Below are positions 1 through 8,087 of a stretch of DNA of 32,000 nucleotides, one piece after another. The translations under genes were made by a program, and so were the position numbers. The stretch lies in the sequence record SDGA01000085.1. One strand, given 5' to 3'. Below the pieces are notes generated by a model that was not told where the DNA came from, searched no databases, and worked only from the letters and a program-made list of their open reading frames with translations. Positions within the stretch are counted from its first letter, which is position 1; every line of letters begins with the position of its first letter.

Positions 1-48
1 ATTTTATTATCCTAATAATTATCCTATCTCTAAGCAATAATATTAAAG

Positions 49-122
<74 letters not shown>

Positions 123-141
123 TATTCAAGATAAAAACTAT

Positions 142-239
142 TAAATTTTATTTACTTTTCTAAATGATTAATTTGATGTCTATATAATTATAATTATATA
201 GACATCAAATTAATCATTTAGAAAAGTAAATAAAATTTA
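142..239. repeat. 98-bp perfect palindrome (49-bp arms, no spacer) between trnfM and psaD
   Basis: Checked base by base: position p pairs with 381-p from 142 to 239, and the first mismatch is 141/240. The last base of the right arm is the A of the psaD ATG. Confidence 0.95.
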
Positions 240-664
240 TGAATGAAACTTTAAATCTAAAAATGCCGTCTCCCTCTTTTGGTGGAAGTACGGGAGGATG
301 GTTAAGATCAGCAGAAAATGAGGAAAAGTATGCTATTACATGGACAAGTAAAAAAGAAGAAGTTTTTGAAATGCCTACTGCTGGAGCAGCCATTATGAGA
401 TCAGGCGAAAATTTATTATATTTTGCTCGTAAAGAACAATGTTTAGCATTAGGAGCTCAATTAAAAGCTCAATTTAAAATAGATAATTATAAAATATATA
501 GAGTATTTCCTAATGGCGAAGTTCAATACTTACATCCTAAAGATGGTGTATTTCCAGAAAAGGTTAATGACGGTCGTAAGGCAGTTAACACACTTAGTCG
601 TCGTATAGGTGAAAATTTAAATCCTGCATTAGTAAAATTTACAAATAAAACTACTTTTGAATAA
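239..664 (+). CDS. psaD: Photosystem I reaction centre subunit II (PsaD)
   Basis: 141-aa ORF with typical PsaD sequence ([20 protein letters not shown].., [38 protein letters not shown]). Confidence 0.93.
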   Translation: MNETLNLKMPSPSFGGSTGGWLRSAENEEKYAITWTSKKEEVFEMPTAGAAIMRSGENLLYFARKEQCLALGAQLKAQFKIDNYKIYRVFPNGEVQYLHPKDGVFPEKVNDGRKAVNTLSRRIGENLNPALVKFTNKTTFE

Positions 665-668
665 TTAA

Positions 669-701
669 TAAGATAACATATATATAATATATGTTATCTT
701 A
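669..701 (+). terminator. Stem-loop directly after the psaD stop (15-bp stem, 3-nt loop)
   Basis: 669-683 pairs perfectly with 687-701 (taagataacatatat / atatatgttatctta). It starts 5 nt after the psaD TAA and ends 5 nt before trnS. Confidence 0.7.
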
Positions 702-705
702 ATTA

Positions 706-793
706 GGAGAGGTGGCCGAGTGGTTGAAGGCTTTTGATTTGAAATCAAACGAATTTTTATCAAATTCCATGGGTTCGAATCCCATCCTCTCTT
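706..793 (+). tRNA. trnS: tRNA-Ser (anticodon UGA), long variable arm
   Basis: 88-nt cloverleaf. Acceptor ggagagg/cctctct (G:U at 1:72), anticodon stem tttga/tcaaa with loop ttTGAaa, variable arm gaattt-ttatc-aaattc, and T arm atggg-ttcgaat-cccat. Confidence 0.88.
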
Positions 794-828
794 TTTATAT
801 TCTTTCTATTTTAAAGAAATTAATTTAT

Positions 829-900
829 AGCGGGTAACGCGATTCGAACGCGCGACATCAACCTTGGCAAGGTTACGCTCTACCGCTGAGCTATACCCGC
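829..900 (-). tRNA. trnG: tRNA-Gly (anticodon GCC)
   Basis: The reverse complement folds as acceptor gcgggta/tacccgc, D stem gctc/gagc, anticodon stem taacc/ggttg with loop ttGCCaa, and T arm gcgcg-ttcgaat-cgcgt. Length 72 nt. Confidence 0.88.
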
Positions 901-972
901 ATTTGATTTTCTTTTTTTTTAATAGTAGTTACGTATATCTATGGAATATACTATATTAAGATATAATCTACA

Positions 973-1090
973 AACTTTTTTGTGGTATAATAATTTAAAA
1001 TATAAAAAATATATGAAATATTACTTTTTTATAAAAAAGTAATATTTCATATATTTTTTATATTTTAAATTATTATACCACAAAAGAGTT
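973..1090. repeat. 108-bp perfect palindrome (978-1085), extendable to 118 bp with one G:T (973-1090), overlapping the psbZ 3' end
   Basis: Position p pairs with 2063-p. Pairing is perfect over 978..1085, 977/1086 is T:G, pairing continues to 973/1090, and 972/1091 is a mismatch. The right arm contains the psbZ stop (1073-1075) and last codons. Confidence 0.95.
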
Positions 1091-1261
1091 AACTAGTCCT
1101 GTAAGCAATAGTAAACTTGTCCAAATACCTGCACCTAAATAAACTAAATTTTTTGATTTTTCCCAATCCTCTGAAGAACCTAAAATAACAGGTACAGTTA
1201 CTACCATTATAAAGGATAAAATTACTAAACTTAATATTAACAATTGAAGAATAATGTTCAT
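1073..1261 (-). CDS. psbZ: Photosystem II protein Z (PsbZ / Ycf9)
   Basis: 62-aa protein with two predicted transmembrane helices. Length and pattern (..VPV..GS..DW..SKN.V..G...W..L....G..NS...) match PsbZ. Confidence 0.85.
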   Translation of the reverse strand: MNIILQLLILSLVILSFIMVVTVPVILGSSEDWEKSKNLVYLGAGIWTSLLLLTGLVNSFVV

Positions 1262-1306
1262 TTATTTATAACTCCTTAATTTAATAACATAATGATTATT
1301 ACTTCC

Positions 1307-1372
1307 ATAATATTATACAAATTTTTATTTTTATTTCTTAAGAAATAAAAATAAAAATTTGTATAATATTAT
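1307..1372. repeat. 66-bp perfect palindrome in the divergent psbZ/psbK intergenic region
   Basis: Position p pairs with 2679-p from 1307 to 1372, and 1306/1373 is a mismatch. It lies between the psbZ start (1261, minus strand) and the psbK start (1409, plus strand). Confidence 0.95.
1312..1367. promoter_or_regulatory. Candidate symmetric bidirectional sigma70-type promoter inside the palindrome
   Basis: Plus strand: TTAAGA (1338-1343), 18-nt spacer, TATAAT (1362-1367), 41 nt before the psbK ATG and upstream of an AAGGAG (1391-1396). By dyad symmetry the minus strand reads TTAAGA (1341-1336), 18 nt, TATAAT (1317-1312) upstream of psbZ. TATAAT-like strings are common in AT-rich DNA, so this is weak. 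Confidence 0.3.
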
Positions 1373-1408
1373 TATTATAATTATATAAATAAGGAGTAAT
1401 ATAATAAT

Positions 1409-1546
1409 ATGGAACTAATTTTACTTATAGGTAAACTCCCAGAAGCTTATACAATATTTAAGCCATTAATTGATCTGTTACCTATCATTCCAATTTTGTT
1501 TTTGTTATTAGCATTTGTATGGCAAGCGGCAATTGGATTTAGATAA
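1409..1546 (+). CDS. psbK: Photosystem II protein K (PsbK)
   Basis: Not in the ORF track. Hand translation gives [45 protein letters not shown], with the conserved KLPEAY...[18 protein letters not shown] signature. AAGGAG lies 12 nt upstream. Confidence 0.9.
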   Translation: MELILLIGKLPEAYTIFKPLIDLLPIIPILFLLLAFVWQAAIGFR

Positions 1547-1577
1547 TTAAATATTATAATATAAAGATATATTTTAT

Positions 1578-1691
1578 ATGGTAGAACCTTTATTATCAGG
1601 AATTGTCTTAGGATTAAATTTTATTACTCTATTAGGTTTATTTATCGCTGCATATCTTCAATATAAACGTAGTAATGAATTCAGATTATAA
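1578..1691 (+). CDS. petG: Cytochrome b6-f complex subunit 5 (PetG)
   Basis: Not in the ORF track. Hand translation gives [37 protein letters not shown], matching the conserved PetG N-terminus [13 protein letters not shown] and the ..AAYLQY.R motif. Confidence 0.9.
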   Translation: MVEPLLSGIVLGLNFITLLGLFIAAYLQYKRSNEFRL

Positions 1692-1696
1692 AATTG

Positions 1697-1781
1697 TGCT
1701 AAAAAACTTCACAAACATAAGCTAAATAAAAATGATTTTAAATCATTTTTATTTAGCTTATGTTTGTGAAGTTTTTTAGCA
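1697..1781. repeat. 85-bp perfect palindrome (42-bp arms around one central nt) between petG and hisH, overlapping the hisH 3' end
   Basis: Position p pairs with 3478-p from 1697 to 1781 (centre 1739), and 1696/1782 is a mismatch. The left arm starts 6 nt after the petG stop. The right arm contains the hisH stop (1753-1755) plus about 9 terminal codons. Confidence 0.95.
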
Positions 1782-2370
1782 AAGATAGTCCTGAGTTAGA
1801 AGATTTTTCAGGATGAAATTGAACAGCCATTATATTACCTATTGAAATAGCTGCAGTAAAATTTAAATTACCATACTTTACATATGCGCTTTCAGTTTTA
1901 TCATCATCTAAATGTACATAGTACGAATGAATAAAATAAAACCATAAGTTAGCATCGAAATTAATCCATAGAGGTGATTCATAGTTATGAATTTGTATTT
2001 TATTCCAACCAATATGTGGTACAATCTTAACAATAGATTTATCAAACTTTTTAACTTTACCTTCTAAGATTCCTAAACCTTCTGATTGACCTTCTTCAGA
2101 GTTCAGCATTAACAATTGTAATCCCAAACATATTCCAAGAAAAGGCATACCATTTTTAATATATTTTTTTAATGGATCAATAAAACCTTTAATCTCTAGT
2201 GATTTAATCGCAGAATCAAAAGAGCCTACGCCAGGTAGTATTATTTTAGATACAGCCTGTAATTCCTTCGGGTCTGAAATTATTTTAGGTATACCGTTTA
2301 CTTGTTCTACAGCTTTAAATACAGAGTATAAATTACTCATTTGATAATCTATAATGCCAATTATTTTCAT
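1753..2370 (-). CDS. hisH: Imidazole glycerol phosphate synthase, glutamine amidotransferase subunit (HisH)
   Basis: 205-aa class-I GATase. It has the nucleophile elbow GICLGLQ, the LPGVGSF motif and the C-terminal VQFHPEKS (His/Glu of the triad). Overall layout is typical of HisH. Confidence 0.88.
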   Translation of the reverse strand: MKIIGIIDYQMSNLYSVFKAVEQVNGIPKIISDPKELQAVSKIILPGVGSFDSAIKSLEIKGFIDPLKKYIKNGMPFLGICLGLQLLMLNSEEGQSEGLGILEGKVKKFDKSIVKIVPHIGWNKIQIHNYESPLWINFDANLWFYFIHSYYVHLDDDKTESAYVKYGNLNFTAAISIGNIMAVQFHPEKSSNSGLSLLKNFTNIS

Positions 2371-2405
2371 AAGGTAAACATATATATATTATAATAGCTT
2401 ATATT

Positions 2406-2708
2406 CTACCAACTAGATTTGATAACTCCAGGTAATAAACAATTATGTGCCATTTCTCTAAGTGCATGTCTTGATAAGCCAAAATCTCTATAAAATGATC
2501 TACTTCTTCCAGTCAACCAACAACGATTTTTTTGTCTACATTTTGCACTATTTCTAGGCAATTTTTGAAATTTACTATTCAATTGCATTTTTTCATCATA
2601 AGAAATAGCTTTTTTTATTTGTTCTTTAATTTCTAAACGTTTATTCTTATATTTTTTTATTTGTTTTTTTCTTTTTAATTCTCGTTGAATTATACTTTTC
2701 TTTGCCAT
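2406..2708 (-). CDS. rps14: 30S ribosomal protein S14
   Basis: 100 aa. [12 protein letters not shown], ...LPRNS...R..NRC..TGR.R..YR.FGLSR..LRE.A....LPGV.KSSW is the canonical S14 sequence. Confidence 0.95.
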   Translation of the reverse strand: MAKKSIIQRELKRKKQIKKYKNKRLEIKEQIKKAISYDEKMQLNSKFQKLPRNSAKCRQKNRCWLTGRSRSFYRDFGLSRHALREMAHNCLLPGVIKSSW

Positions 2709-2727
2709 AAAAATTTTTTAATTTTAC

Positions 2728-2836
2728 AAAATAAATTTCCTAGATATATTATAGAATAAAAAAGAAAACATAGTAAATCAAGACAATTTACTATGTTTTC
2801 TTTTTTATTCTATAATATATCTAGGAAATTTATTTT
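2728..2836. repeat. Stem-loop with 51-bp perfect arms and a 7-nt loop between psaB and rps14
   Basis: 2728-2778 pairs perfectly with 2786-2836 (p with 5564-p), with loop caagaca at 2779-2785. The right arm ends inside the psaB stop codon (2835-2837). Confidence 0.95.
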
Positions 2837-5039
2837 AACCAAATTTACCAACAGTCGAAGCTATAACAAAAGGAGCATAGGTTAAAATATATCCTACGGT
2901 AAAATGTGCTAATCCTACTAAACGTGCTTGCACAATCGATAATGCTACAGGTTTATCTCTCCATTTAATTAAATTTGCTAATGGAGTTCTTTCATGAGCC
3001 CAAGCTAAAGTTTCAATTAATTCTTGCCAATAACCTCTCCATGAAATTAAAAACATAAAACCAGTAGCCCATATTAGATGACCAAATAAAAACATCCATG
3101 CCCAAACAGATAAATTATTAATACCATAAGGGTTATAACCATTGATTAATGGTGAAGAATTAAGCCATAAATAATCTCTGAACCACCCCATTAAATACGT
3201 TGAAGATTCATTAAACTGAGAGACACTACCACTCCACAAAGTTAAGTGTTTCCAATGCCAATAAAATGTTAACCAACCTAATGTGTTTAACATCCAAAAC
3301 ATTGCTAAATAAAAAGCATCCCATGCTGATATGTCACAAGTTCCACCTCTTCCAGGTCCATCACATGGAAAACTGTATCCAAAATCTTTTTTATCCGGCA
3401 TAAGTTTCGAACCTCTTGCATCTAAAGCACCTTTAACTAAAATTAGTGTTGTAGTGTGTAAACCTAATGCTATAGCATGATGCACTAAAAAGTCTCCAGG
3501 TCCTATATCTAAAAACAATGAATTGTTTGTATCATTAACAGCTTTTAACCAGCCAGGTAGCCACAAGTTTTCACCTGCTACTGTTGCTATGCTGTTAGAA
3601 GAAGATAGTAAAACATTAAATCCGTATAATGTTTTGCCTGAAACTGCTTGTATCCATTGTGCAAATACAGGTTCAATAAGAATTTGTTTTTCTGGTGAAC
3701 CAAAAGCCACTACGACATCATTATGTACATATAGTCCTAACGTATGAAATCCTAAAAATAAACTTACCCAGCTCAAATGAGAAATTATTGCTTCTTTATG
3801 CTCTAACATTCTTGCAAGCACATTATCTTTATTTTGTTCAGGATTATAATCTCTAACAAAAAATATTGCACCATGTGCAAATGCACCTACCATAAGAAAT
3901 CCTGCAATATATTGATGATGTGTGTATAAAGCTGCTTGTGTTGTAAAATCATTCGCAATAAATGCATAAGAAGGCAAAGAGTACATATGTTGAGCAACAA
4001 GAGAAGTAATTACACCTAATGCGGCTAATGCTAATCCTAATTGAAAATGTAAAGAATTATTGATAGTTTCGAATAGACCTTTATGTCCATTACCTAAGCG
4101 TCCACTTGGAGGCCTGTGAGCGTCTAAAATTTCTTTTAAACTATGTCCAATCCCCCAATTTGTTCTATACATATGACCTGCAATAATAAAAATTATTGCT
4201 ATTGCTAAATGATGATGAGCAATGTCTGTTAGCCATAGTGATTTAGTTTGTGGGTGAAATCCACCTAAAAAAGTTAAAATGGCTTTTCCTGCACCTTCAC
4301 CAGAATTAAATATATGACTTAATCCATCAGGATTATCTGCATAAACTGACCACTGGCCTTTAAAGAAAGGTTCAAGACCTGCAGGATGTGGTTTCATATA
4401 TAAAAAATTATCCCAACCTATATGTTGACCTCTTGATTCTGGAATCGCAACATGCACCAAATGACCAGCCCAGGCTAATGAACTTACACCAAATAAACCT
4501 GCGAGATGATGATTTAGTCTTGATTCATTATTTTTAAACCAAGCTAAATTAGGTCTAAATTTAGGTTGCAAATGTAACCATCCTGCAAATAAAAATAATC
4601 CTGAGATTACAAGAAGAAATAATGCTCCTAAATATAAGTCATTATTTGTTCTCATACCAATAGTATACCACCAATGATATACTCCTGAGTAACTTATGTT
4701 TACAGGATAGTTAACACCTCCTTGGGAAAAAGCTTTTAATGCAGATTGTCCAAAATGAGGGTCCCAAATTGCATGCGCAATAGGCTTTATCTTATTAGGA
4801 TTCATAATCCACTGTTCAAAATTACCTTGCCATGCAACATGAAATAAATTTCCTGAACTCCATAAAAATATAATCGCCAAATGACCAAAATGAGAAGCAA
4901 AAATTTTTTGATAGAGATTTTCCTCTACAATATTATCATGACTTTCAAAATCATGAGCAGTTGCTATTCCATACCATATTCTTCTTGTTGTAGGATCTTG
5001 TGCTAATGCCTGACTGAATTTAGGAAATTTTGTTACCAT
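2835..5039 (-). CDS. psaB: Photosystem I P700 chlorophyll a apoprotein A2 (PsaB)
   Basis: 734 aa. Begins [35 protein letters not shown], contains the FX-binding motif [18 protein letters not shown], and ends ...[18 protein letters not shown]. Confidence 0.98.
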   Translation of the reverse strand: MVTKFPKFSQALAQDPTTRRIWYGIATAHDFESHDNIVEENLYQKIFASHFGHLAIIFLWSSGNLFHVAWQGNFEQWIMNPNKIKPIAHAIWDPHFGQSALKAFSQGGVNYPVNISYSGVYHWWYTIGMRTNNDLYLGALFLLVISGLFLFAGWLHLQPKFRPNLAWFKNNESRLNHHLAGLFGVSSLAWAGHLVHVAIPESRGQHIGWDNFLYMKPHPAGLEPFFKGQWSVYADNPDGLSHIFNSGEGAGKAILTFLGGFHPQTKSLWLTDIAHHHLAIAIIFIIAGHMYRTNWGIGHSLKEILDAHRPPSGRLGNGHKGLFETINNSLHFQLGLALAALGVITSLVAQHMYSLPSYAFIANDFTTQAALYTHHQYIAGFLMVGAFAHGAIFFVRDYNPEQNKDNVLARMLEHKEAIISHLSWVSLFLGFHTLGLYVHNDVVVAFGSPEKQILIEPVFAQWIQAVSGKTLYGFNVLLSSSNSIATVAGENLWLPGWLKAVNDTNNSLFLDIGPGDFLVHHAIALGLHTTTLILVKGALDARGSKLMPDKKDFGYSFPCDGPGRGGTCDISAWDAFYLAMFWMLNTLGWLTFYWHWKHLTLWSGSVSQFNESSTYLMGWFRDYLWLNSSPLINGYNPYGINNLSVWAWMFLFGHLIWATGFMFLISWRGYWQELIETLAWAHERTPLANLIKWRDKPVALSIVQARLVGLAHFTVGYILTYAPFVIASTVGKFG

Positions 5040-5087
5040 ATATTATTTATCCTTATACTTAATAAGCATATCGTGACATAAGATAAT

Positions 5088-7346
5088 TTATCCAACTGAA
5101 ATTATTCTTGCTAAAAAAAACGCCCAAGTAGTCGCTATGCCACCAAGCAAATAATGAGCTACTCCAACCGCTCTTCCTTGAGTAATACTTAAGGCGCGTG
5201 GTTGTATTGATGGCGACACTTTTAATTTATTGTGAGCCCATACAATAGATTCAATTAATTCTTGCCAATAACCTCTTCCACTAAATAAAAACATTAAACT
5301 AAATGCCCACACAAAATGAGCACCTAAAAACATTAAACCATAAGCTGATAACGAAGAACCATAAGACTGAATAACTTGTGAAGCTTGTGCCCATAAAAAG
5401 TCTCTTAGCCATCCATTAATAGTAATAGCACTTTGGGCAAAATTCCCTCCTGTTATATGTGATACAGCACTCGAGGAAGATATTGTTCCCCAAACATCTG
5501 ATTGCATTTTCCAACTAAAGTGGAATATTACAATAGATAAACTATTGTACATCCAAAAGAGTCCTAAAAATACATGATCCCATGCTGAAACTTGACAAGT
5601 TCCACCTCTTCCAGGTCCATCACATGGAAATCTAAACCCTAGATTAGCTTTATCTGGTATTAATCTAGAATTACGAGCAAACAAAACTCCTTTTAGCAGT
5701 ATTAAAACGGTTACATGAATGGTAAAAGCATGAATATGATGCACCATAAAATCAGCTGTTCCTAAAGATATAGGCATAATTCCAATTTTACCTGCAATAG
5801 ATATTATATCTCCACCAAAGGCATAACTTGCTGTAGCTAATAAATTAGGAGCTGTATTACCTGGAGCAATTGAATGACAATTTTGTATCCATTGTGCAAA
5901 TATAGGCTGTAATTGAATAGCTACATCTGAAAACATATCTTGTGAACGGCCTAAAGCGCGCATTGTATCATTATGTATATACAATCCAAAACTATGAAAT
6001 CCTAGAAAAATACACACCCAGTTTAAGTGAGATATAATAGCATCTCTATGTCGTAGAAATCTATCTAATAGGTTATTATAATTTTGTGCCGGACTATAAT
6101 CTCTTACCATAAATATAGCAGCATGAGCACCTGCGCCTACAATACAAAATCCACCAATCCACATATGGTGTGTGAAAAGAGAAAGCTGTGTAGGATAATC
6201 TATAGCTAAATATGGGTAAGGTGGCATTGCATACATATGATGAGCAACTATAATGCTTAATGATCCTAGCATCGCCAGGTTAATTGCTAATTGTGCGTGC
6301 CAAGAAGTTGTTAGTATTTCAAATAAGCCTTTATGCCCTTCTCCAGTAAAAGGACCTTTATGAGCGTCTAAAATTTCTTTTAAACTATGTCCAATCCCCC
6401 AATTTGTTCTATACATATGACCTGCAATAATAAAAATTATTGCTATTGCTAAATGATGATGAGCAGTATCTGTTAGCCATAAACCACCTGTCACTGGATT
6501 TAATCCACCTTTAAAGGTTAAAAAGTCATTATATTCATTCCAATTCAAAGTAAAGAAAGGTAAAAGTCCTTTATTAAAACTTGGATAAAGCTCTGTCATC
6601 AAATTGCGATTTAAAATAAACTCATGAGGTAATGGTATTTGAGAAGGTGTAATCCCTGAGTCAAGTAATTTATTAATTGGCAAAGATACATGAATTTGAT
6701 GACCAGCCCAAGCTAGCGAACCTAAACCTAATAAACCTGCTAAATGATGATTTAGCATTGACTCAACATTTTGAAACCACTCTAATTTAGGTGCTGCTTT
6801 ATGATAATGAAACCATCCTGCAAAAAGCATTAAACCTGCCATGAAGAGTCCACCAATTGCAGTTGCATATAATTGCATTTCATTAGTAATTCCTGAGGCT
6901 CTCCATAACTGAAACAGTCCTGAAGTGATTTGAATACCTTGGAATCCACCACCAACATCAGCATTCAAAATTTCTTGCCCAACAATAGGCCAAACAACTT
7001 GTGCACTTGGTTTTATATTGATAGGATTATTTAACCAAGCGACATAATTAGAAAATTTTGCACCATGAAAATACATTCCACTCAACCATATAAAAATTAC
7101 GGCTAAATGACCAAAGTGAGCACTAAAAATTTTACGAGATATTTCTTCTAAAGAATTTGTATGACTATCAAAATCATGCGCATCTGCATGTAAATTCCAA
7201 ATCCATGTTGTAGTTTTAGGACCTTTTGCCAAACTACGAGAAAAATGTCCAGGTTTTGACCATTTCTCAAAATTTGTAGGTACTACATTTTTATCTATTA
7301 TTACTCTAGCCTTTTTTTCTTCTTGCTCTTGTGAGCTTATTGTCAT
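5088..7346 (-). CDS. psaA: Photosystem I P700 chlorophyll a apoprotein A1 (PsaA)
   Basis: 752 aa. Contains ..[37 protein letters not shown].., the FX motif [19 protein letters not shown], and ends ..[10 protein letters not shown]. It lies 48 nt upstream of psaB on the same strand. Confidence 0.98.
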   Translation of the reverse strand: MTISSQEQEEKKARVIIDKNVVPTNFEKWSKPGHFSRSLAKGPKTTTWIWNLHADAHDFDSHTNSLEEISRKIFSAHFGHLAVIFIWLSGMYFHGAKFSNYVAWLNNPINIKPSAQVVWPIVGQEILNADVGGGFQGIQITSGLFQLWRASGITNEMQLYATAIGGLFMAGLMLFAGWFHYHKAAPKLEWFQNVESMLNHHLAGLLGLGSLAWAGHQIHVSLPINKLLDSGITPSQIPLPHEFILNRNLMTELYPSFNKGLLPFFTLNWNEYNDFLTFKGGLNPVTGGLWLTDTAHHHLAIAIIFIIAGHMYRTNWGIGHSLKEILDAHKGPFTGEGHKGLFEILTTSWHAQLAINLAMLGSLSIIVAHHMYAMPPYPYLAIDYPTQLSLFTHHMWIGGFCIVGAGAHAAIFMVRDYSPAQNYNNLLDRFLRHRDAIISHLNWVCIFLGFHSFGLYIHNDTMRALGRSQDMFSDVAIQLQPIFAQWIQNCHSIAPGNTAPNLLATASYAFGGDIISIAGKIGIMPISLGTADFMVHHIHAFTIHVTVLILLKGVLFARNSRLIPDKANLGFRFPCDGPGRGGTCQVSAWDHVFLGLFWMYNSLSIVIFHFSWKMQSDVWGTISSSSAVSHITGGNFAQSAITINGWLRDFLWAQASQVIQSYGSSLSAYGLMFLGAHFVWAFSLMFLFSGRGYWQELIESIVWAHNKLKVSPSIQPRALSITQGRAVGVAHYLLGGIATTWAFFLARIISVG

Positions 7347-7379
7347 AACACTTCTCCTCTTTTGAGAAAAATCATTAAC

Positions 7380-7421
7380 AAATAATAAATAAAAGCATTA
7401 GTTAGCTTTTATTTATTATTT
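7380..7421 (-). terminator. Stem-loop (17-bp stem, 8-nt loop) between accB and psaA
   Basis: 7380-7396 pairs with 7405-7421 (aaataataaataaaagc / gcttttatttattattt). Confidence 0.6.
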
Positions 7422-7438
7422 ATTATATATTTTTAAAC

Positions 7439-7467
7439 AAGAAATTTATTTACTCTATAAATTTCTT
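7439..7467 (-). terminator. Stem-loop (11-bp stem, 7-nt loop) downstream of accB
   Basis: 7439-7449 (aagaaatttat) pairs with 7457-7467 (ataaatttctt). It lies 47 nt past the accB stop on the minus strand. Confidence 0.5.
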
Positions 7468-7513
7468 TACAATAGTTAAAAAAGTTAAAAATAATTTAAG
7501 CAATTAAATTTTA

Positions 7514-8050
7514 TTATAAAGGCGATATTTGCATTAAAACATCTCCAATTGTAATTTCATCGCCATCTTTAAAAAAAATCTTTTCAACTCTACCATTTTT
7601 ATCTGCCTTAATTTGATTCATAATTTTCATAGTTTCAATTATGCAAATAATAGTGTTACTATTAACTATAGATCCTACTTTTACAAAAGGGTCTGCCCCT
7701 GGCATAGGAGATGAATAAAATATACCTGGCAAAGGACTATGAATATCAATAAGCTCTTTTTTTTCACTCTGATGTGTACTATCTTTAGTTTGATTGTTTT
7801 GTCTCAAATTTATATATTCATGTTTTGATAAATTATTACTTAAACTATTTGTTTTGTTTAAATTATCAATATTATTACTTTGGCTTTTTAAATTATAAGC
7901 AGAGGAATAATAAATATTAAAGTTAAAATTAAAATTATGAAAAATTTTATTATTTTTTAAAATTATTTCATAATCTTTAATTTTTATATGATAAAAGTCT
8001 AGATTTAATTCTTGTAATAAAAAGAATATGTTTGTTAAATTATCTTTCAT
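7514..8050 (-). CDS. accB: Biotin carboxyl carrier protein of acetyl-CoA carboxylase (AccB)
   Basis: The C-terminal 75 aa form a biotinyl/lipoyl domain (SPLPGIFY.SP.PG..PFVKVG..V......C.IETMKIMN.I.A...G.V..I....GD.I..G..L..I) with biotinyl-Lys motif E-T-M-K-I-M. The N-terminal 100 aa are Asn/Lys/Ser-rich low complexity. Confidence 0.85.
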   Translation of the reverse strand: MKDNLTNIFFLLQELNLDFYHIKIKDYEIILKNNKIFHNFNFNFNIYYSSAYNLKSQSNNIDNLNKTNSLSNNLSKHEYINLRQNNQTKDSTHQSEKKELIDIHSPLPGIFYSSPMPGADPFVKVGSIVNSNTIICIIETMKIMNQIKADKNGRVEKIFFKDGDEITIGDVLMQISPL

Positions 8051-8087
8051 ATAAGTTTATCAGAAGAATATATAAGCAATTATTGTT

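Noticed and set aside
3523-3747. Track ORFs antisense to or nested within well-supported genes: 3523-3747 (+), 8679-8942 (-), 10393-10641 (-), 13418-13693 (+), 17105-17320 (-), 18113-18295 (-), 21261-21518 (-), 24347-24532 (-), 28541-28729 (-) and 30189-30386 (-).
   Set aside because: Each lies entirely inside, and opposite to, a highly conserved gene (psaB, ycf45, hupA, dnaK, rps19, rps3, rpl6/rpl18, rps11, tufA, ycf38). Their sequences are hydrophobic or low complexity with no recognisable motif. They are typical shadow ORFs.
5040-5087. The psaA-psaB spacer as a site for a hairpin or regulatory element.
   Set aside because: I found no dyad symmetry in the 48-nt spacer. This is consistent with simple co-transcription of psaA-psaB.
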